A DNA stretch of 64,000 nt from Bacteroidota bacterium. GTDB taxonomy: Bacteria; Bacteroidota; Ignavibacteria; UBA10030; SZUA-254. Positions within the stretch are counted from its first letter, which is position 1. The number at the start of each line of letters is the position of its first letter. The position numbers and the translations under genes were made by a program. The notes beneath the pieces were generated by a model. It was not told the DNA's origin. It made no database searches and saw only the letters and a program-made list of their open reading frames with translations. Positions 59,714 through 64,000 of this stretch are shown here, piece by piece. Location of the stretch: positions 467-64,466 of the forward strand of contig JAWOKN010000096.1 of the NCBI GenBank assembly GCA_033854175.1, written 5' to 3'.

Positions 59714-60679
59714 ATGACATCACGCCGGGGCTTTTTAAGAAAAATGGGTATCGGATTGTTTGCATCAGGGCATATTATCGCTCAGGAAAAAGACCATCGC
59801 CCGTCCTTTTTCAGGATTATCCTCAGGGATCAGGTTACGGCAGCGTCGCCGTTTAAACCCGAACCGCGAACATGGGACCCATCAACGATCACCTTATCTT
59901 GGATCGGACACTCTACAGTACTGATGAACTTTTTTGGCATCTCGATTATAACCGACCCGGTTTTTTCCGAAAAGATCGGGATAAACCTCATGGGATTAAC
60001 GACACTTGGGCCAAAGCGGCTTGTGGCGCCAGCTCTTCGGATGGATGAGTTGCCGCCGATTGAGTTAATTCTTTTGTCGCATGCGCACATGGATCACCTT
60101 GATTTCCCGACCCTCCGTCGAATGGATAAAAGTATACAAGTTGTGATGGCGAAAAACACCTCCGATCTTCTCAGGGGTAGAGGGTGGAAGAATATCACGG
60201 AACTTGACTGGGGTGAAAAAACCACCTTCAACGGGATAACAATTGAAGCACTTCGTGCACAGCATTTCGGATGGCGGTTTCCGTGGGAACAGGACCGATC
60301 AAAAGGTTTCCTGAACGGTCGAAGTTTTAACGCGTATCTTCTGTCAAAAAACGACAAGTATATTCTCTTTGGAGGTGATACTGCGTATCAAGAATATTTT
60401 AAGGTTCTGGCCGAACGACACATCGATATCGAGCTTGCAATGATGCCGATCGGTGCCTACAACCCGTGGATTCGCGCCCATGCGAATCCGGAACAGGCGG
60501 TTGAGATGGCCAAGCACATGAACGCGAAAGCGATTCTTCCCATTCATTGGAATACGTTTACCCTTAGTAGTGAACCGCAGGGGGAACCTATTGAAAGATT
60601 GAAAAAAGCCATCGCAGAACATTCACCCCGGCTCGCGCTTGATGATATCGGGAAAACGTGGACGATGGGGTGGGAATAA
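59714..60679 (+). CDS. MBL-fold metallo-hydrolase with a Tat signal peptide (COG2220/NAPE-PLD-like).
   Basis: Twin-arginine motif SRRGFLRKMG. HxHxDH metal-binding motif (LSHAHMDHLD). Start set at the internal Met MTSRRGFL. Confidence 0.8.
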   Translation: MTSRRGFLRKMGIGLFASGHIIAQEKDHRPSFFRIILRDQVTAASPFKPEPRTWDPSTITLSWIGHSTVLMNFFGISIITDPVFSEKIGINLMGLTTLGPKRLVAPALRMDELPPIELILLSHAHMDHLDFPTLRRMDKSIQVVMAKNTSDLLRGRGWKNITELDWGEKTTFNGITIEALRAQHFGWRFPWEQDRSKGFLNGRSFNAYLLSKNDKYILFGGDTAYQEYFKVLAERHIDIELAMMPIGAYNPWIRAHANPEQAVEMAKHMNAKAILPIHWNTFTLSSEPQGEPIERLKKAIAEHSPRLALDDIGKTWTMGWE

Positions 60680-60718
60680 CTGGATACGGACGGAGAGGCG
60701 GAGGGATTGACCAGCCCG

Positions 60719-62080
60719 TTATTTTATCCAAACAGTTTTGAGATTTACAAACTCCTTGATGCCATAAGTTCCAAGTTCTCTTCCGTAGCCCGATCTCTTT
60801 ACTCCCCCGAACGGTAATCGGGGGTCCGACGCAACCATTCCGTTGACAAAAACAAGCCCAGCTTCAAGTCGATCGATAAAACATTGCTGCTCGTGCAGAT
60901 CGTTAGTCCAGACGGAGCTGCCCAGGCCAAAAGGGCTATCATTTGCGAGACGGATCGCGGATTCGCTGTCTTTGACGACAAAAAGAAGCGCGACGGGGCC
61001 GAATAGCTCTTCCCGGTATGCAGGTGAATTTTCCGGAATGTTTGTCAGGATTGTTGGCAAGTAATAGTTTCCTGGTCGTTCGAGTTTTTTGCCCCCAGTG
61101 AGAATTCTGGCGCCCATTGCGACAGATTTTTGAACCTGGTCATTGAGTTGTTGCAAAAGATCATCGCTTGCCAGCGGACCAAGTTCGGTCTCTTTCAGCA
61201 TTGGATCACCGATCTTGAGAAGTTCCATCCCACGAATTAACAGACGGGTAAAATTTCCAGCCACAGATTCATGGACGATGAATCTCTTGGCTGCGATGCA
61301 CGACTGTCCATTGTTGATAATCCTGGCTCTGACTGCGGCTGCTGCTGCGTCTTCGAGATGAGCGCTTGACATGACTATGAAAGGATCGCTCCCGCCCAGT
61401 TCAAGGACGGTCTTTTTTATCAATTTCCCCGCGCGGGCAGCAACGTCGCTTCCCGCGGGTTCGCTCCCAGTCAGTGTTATGGCCCGTATCCTTGGATCTT
61501 CTATCACCGCTTGAACAGAATCCGAGCCGAGAAGTAGCGTTTGAAAAACCCCTTCAGGAAAACCTGCTGCGCGGAAAATCTCTTCTATTCTCAGCGCGCA
61601 TTGGGGGACAGTGGAAGCATGTTTGAGGAGAGCCACATTGCCAGCCATCAACGCGGGCGCGGCGAATCTGAATACTTGCCAAAAGGGAAAATTCCACGGC
61701 ATGATTGCAAGAATGATCCCCAAGGGTTGACAACGAATAAAGCTCCGTGAAGCATTTGTCACAACAACTTCATCGGTAAGAAATCGTTCAGCATTTTCGG
61801 CGTAATACCGGCATACCCAAGCGCATTTCAGCACTTCTTCTTTTGCGGACTCGAACGTTTTACCCATCTCGAGTGTCATCAGCGTGCCGATTGATTCTTT
61901 TTCATTTTCCAGGATAGCTCCGGCTTTATATAGATATGTGGATCGTTCCGAAAATGAAGTTATCCGGAAGCTTAAAAATGCTTTTTCGGCAATAGAGATT
62001 TTCGTCTGGATGCTCACTTGACTGAGTGAATTAAACACCTTGATGGTTTTACCTGTAGCAGGATTTACAGAAACGATCGA
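60719..62080 (-). CDS. NAD(P)-dependent aldehyde dehydrogenase, succinate-semialdehyde dehydrogenase-like.
   Basis: ALDH catalytic Cys (NNGQSCIAAKRF), Glu (VLELGGSDP) and NAD-binding motifs. Start set at MSIVSVNPATGK. Confidence 0.88.
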   Translation of the reverse strand, partial: SIVSVNPATGKTIKVFNSLSQVSIQTKISIAEKAFLSFRITSFSERSTYLYKAGAILENEKESIGTLMTLEMGKTFESAKEEVLKCAWVCRYYAENAERFLTDEVVVTNASRSFIRCQPLGIILAIMPWNFPFWQVFRFAAPALMAGNVALLKHASTVPQCALRIEEIFRAAGFPEGVFQTLLLGSDSVQAVIEDPRIRAITLTGSEPAGSDVAARAGKLIKKTVLELGGSDPFIVMSSAHLEDAAAAAVRARIINNGQSCIAAKRFIVHESVAGNFTRLLIRGMELLKIGDPMLKETELGPLASDDLLQQLNDQVQKSVAMGARILTGGKKLERPGNYYLPTILTNIPENSPAYREELFGPVALLFVVKDSESAIRLANDSPFGLGSSVWTNDLHEQQCFIDRLEAGLVFVNGMVASDPRLPFGGVKRSGYGRELGTYGIKEFVNLKTVWIK

Positions 62081-62231
62081 CATGGCTGTTTGTCTTAGAG
62101 TGAAACAATGATCTCCACTGTCCGTCACACATGCTTATCCGTTCATTACGACCGGCGTTTACCATCATCCTGTCATGATCCGGAACATATCAAGCGGTTT
62201 GTTTGAGGCGTTCACAGTGAAGTATAAGCCA

Positions 62232-62981
62232 TCATTCATTTTTACATATTGCGAGAAGATCAATCGCATCCCGAGCTATATCTGTATTCAGGACCCGGAA
62301 TTCAGTCAGGTGCAATGCGGAATTCGCGAGCTTTTTCACTGGACTCTTTCGGTGGATATACTTTCCGAGTCTGTACAATGGTGAACGCTGAAGAAACGTA
62401 CGAAGCTTATTGGATGCAGCGTATCCTATGCCGATCAAGGTGAACGATGGAAAATGTTGCGACAACAGAGCGTAAAACTGATCAAAGTTCATTTCATTCG
62501 CATGAAAGGGATTCGCCTCGTCTTCTGGTACAGGTTCACGAACATTGGGTGTCGTTAAAAGGATTGTCCCACCAGTCCGAACTGCACCCGTCAGTGATTT
62601 CAGGAACAGGTGTAGATTGGGCATATGTTCAATCACCTGAAACGAGACTGCAAGATCGAATTCTTTCCTGAACGGGAGGTCCGCTGCATCTATTTGAGTG
62701 AATGTGATATTGAATGTAGAAAAGTGAGCCTGGCAAAATGCAATTGCTTCCTCGTTATAATCGATCCCAACGACGGATTGTGCAACGTCAGACAAAATTT
62801 TACATCCGTAGCCTGTTCCGCAACCAACGTCGAGAACGCGTTTTGTTTGAGCATACTGGCGCGCGTATTCGTATGCAAACTTATGCCGCGAAAAGACATA
62901 GCTTACTTCTCCCCGCTCGGTGGGAATAATCCTCTCACCTGTATCATCCAGCCGGTGTTGTTGCAGTTTTCTCATACTCAA
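62232..62981 (-). CDS. Class I SAM-dependent methyltransferase.
   Basis: Motif I VLDVGCGTGYG plus the acidic-loop and motif-post-I pattern of Methyltransf_11/25. Confidence 0.8.
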   Translation of the reverse strand: MSMRKLQQHRLDDTGERIIPTERGEVSYVFSRHKFAYEYARQYAQTKRVLDVGCGTGYGCKILSDVAQSVVGIDYNEEAIAFCQAHFSTFNITFTQIDAADLPFRKEFDLAVSFQVIEHMPNLHLFLKSLTGAVRTGGTILLTTPNVREPVPEDEANPFHANEMNFDQFYALLSQHFPSFTLIGIGYAASNKLRTFLQRSPLYRLGKYIHRKSPVKKLANSALHLTEFRVLNTDIARDAIDLLAICKNE

Positions 62982-63208
62982 TAAATGTAGGAAGAAGTGT
63001 AAAAAGTATCAATCCGGAACTGGTAACTTTGTAGCGAACGATTAGTGAGATGATTCCATCCAGGTTGTGATCTTCCAATAGTGATTCTCAAATCTCGCCC
63101 TGATGAATATGGATAAATGCCGTCATTCCAGCTACGAAGAACCGTTCGGCTTTAAACTTGCCCTGAAAATTGTTATCTTTGCAGGATATCGACCATTGTA
63201 AGAACCGT

Positions 63209-64000
63209 ATGAAACAGCACATCATCCATGTCGGCCACAGCCCTGATCCGGACGACGCATTTATGTTCTATGGACTCGCAAGCGGCAAGGTAAAAATTGA
63301 GGGGATCCAGATTGACCATCTGCTCGAGGATATTCAGTCTCTGAATGTCCGCGCAAAACGGGCGGAATTGGAGGTTACTGCGATCTCAGCACACGCGTTT
63401 CCCTATGTTGCGGATAATTATTGGATCATGAAAACCGGCGCGAGCATGGGAGAGGGATATGGACCCGTCATCATATCGAGAAAATTTCGCACCATAGATG
63501 AGTTAAAGGGGAAAACCGTCGGAACTCCCGGTCCATTGACGACAGCCACCCTCCTTTTTAGACTATTCACTGATGGAATCATGAATATCGACATGCCGTT
63601 TGACGAGATAATGAAGGCAGTGGATGAAGGGCATGTTGATGCAGGTCTTCTCATCCACGAAGGGCAAATAACCTATCAGTCTCTTGGGTATAATAAAGTC
63701 TTCGACTTTGGCAAGGTGTGGGATAAACATGCGGGGGGGCTCCCGCTACCCCTCGGAATTGATCTGGTGAGGAAAGATCTCGGACAAGATCTTGCCCGGA
63801 AAATCTCCGGCGGATTGCGGGAAAGCATCGCCTATGGTTATGATCATCAGGATGAATCGATTCCCTATGCATTGCGATGGGGCAGGGGGATTGAAAACGA
63901 ACTCGGAAAAAAGTTTGTGAAAATGTATGTAAATGATTTGACGATCGACATGGGAGAAAAGGGAAAAAAGGCCCTCGAATTGCTATTCAAGTTAGGCTAT
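63209..64000 (+). CDS. MqnA/MqnD-family protein (futalosine-pathway menaquinone biosynthesis), 3' partial.
   Basis: Not in the ORF track because it runs off the window edge. Translation MKQHIIHVGHSPDPDDAFMFYGL carries the SP(C/D)PNDxF-type motif of MqnA/MqnD periplasmic-binding-protein-like enzymes. Confidence 0.7.
   Translation, partial: MKQHIIHVGHSPDPDDAFMFYGLASGKVKIEGIQIDHLLEDIQSLNVRAKRAELEVTAISAHAFPYVADNYWIMKTGASMGEGYGPVIISRKFRTIDELKGKTVGTPGPLTTATLLFRLFTDGIMNIDMPFDEIMKAVDEGHVDAGLLIHEGQITYQSLGYNKVFDFGKVWDKHAGGLPLPLGIDLVRKDLGQDLARKISGGLRESIAYGYDHQDESIPYALRWGRGIENELGKKFVKMYVNDLTIDMGEKGKKALELLFKLGY

Overview
This window reads as the chromosomal replication-origin region of a Gram-negative bacterium, probably in the Bacteroidota/Ignavibacteriota/Chlorobiota (FCB) group. 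That lineage guess is inferred from DUF4292 and DUF3108 lipoproteins, the many TPR envelope proteins and a TAnnTTTG-like promoter motif. The classic origin gene set is present: gyrA, gyrB, a DUF721/DciA-like gene, recF, dnaN and dnaA on the minus strand, and rpmH, rnpA, yidD, yidC, mnmE, mnmG and rsmG on the plus strand. They diverge from a DnaA-box-bearing intergenic region at about 21.0 to 21.5 kb. A second AT-rich DnaA-box region lies between dnaN and dnaA. Upstream of the origin block is an envelope gene cluster (TPR proteins, DUF4292 lipoprotein, M23/EnvC-like peptidase, CpoB-like lipoprotein), plus a metallophosphoesterase and an adenosine deaminase. Downstream are murQ, a DUF2461 gene, an aminotransferase, a three-domain Ada methyltransferase/regulator and typA/bipA. 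Next comes a small mobile-element scar: an IS256-like transposase remnant beside an intact IS1/IS1595-like insertion sequence with 20-bp perfect terminal inverted repeats and a 9-bp target-site duplication. After that come a Spy/CpxP-like periplasmic protein, a bacilliredoxin-like CGC protein, two TetR-controlled RND efflux operons in permuted gene order, a four-subunit 2-oxoacid:ferredoxin oxidoreductase (korDABC), and a zinc alcohol dehydrogenase. The window ends with a Tat-signal MBL-fold hydrolase, an aldehyde dehydrogenase, a SAM methyltransferase and a partial MqnA/MqnD-like futalosine-pathway gene. The most novel-looking element is a MarR-divergent operon of three uncharacterised membrane proteins, two of them paralogs bracketing a third. 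I found no CRISPR array, rRNA or tRNA. All calls rest on reading the translated ORFs and the raw sequence; no database search was possible.
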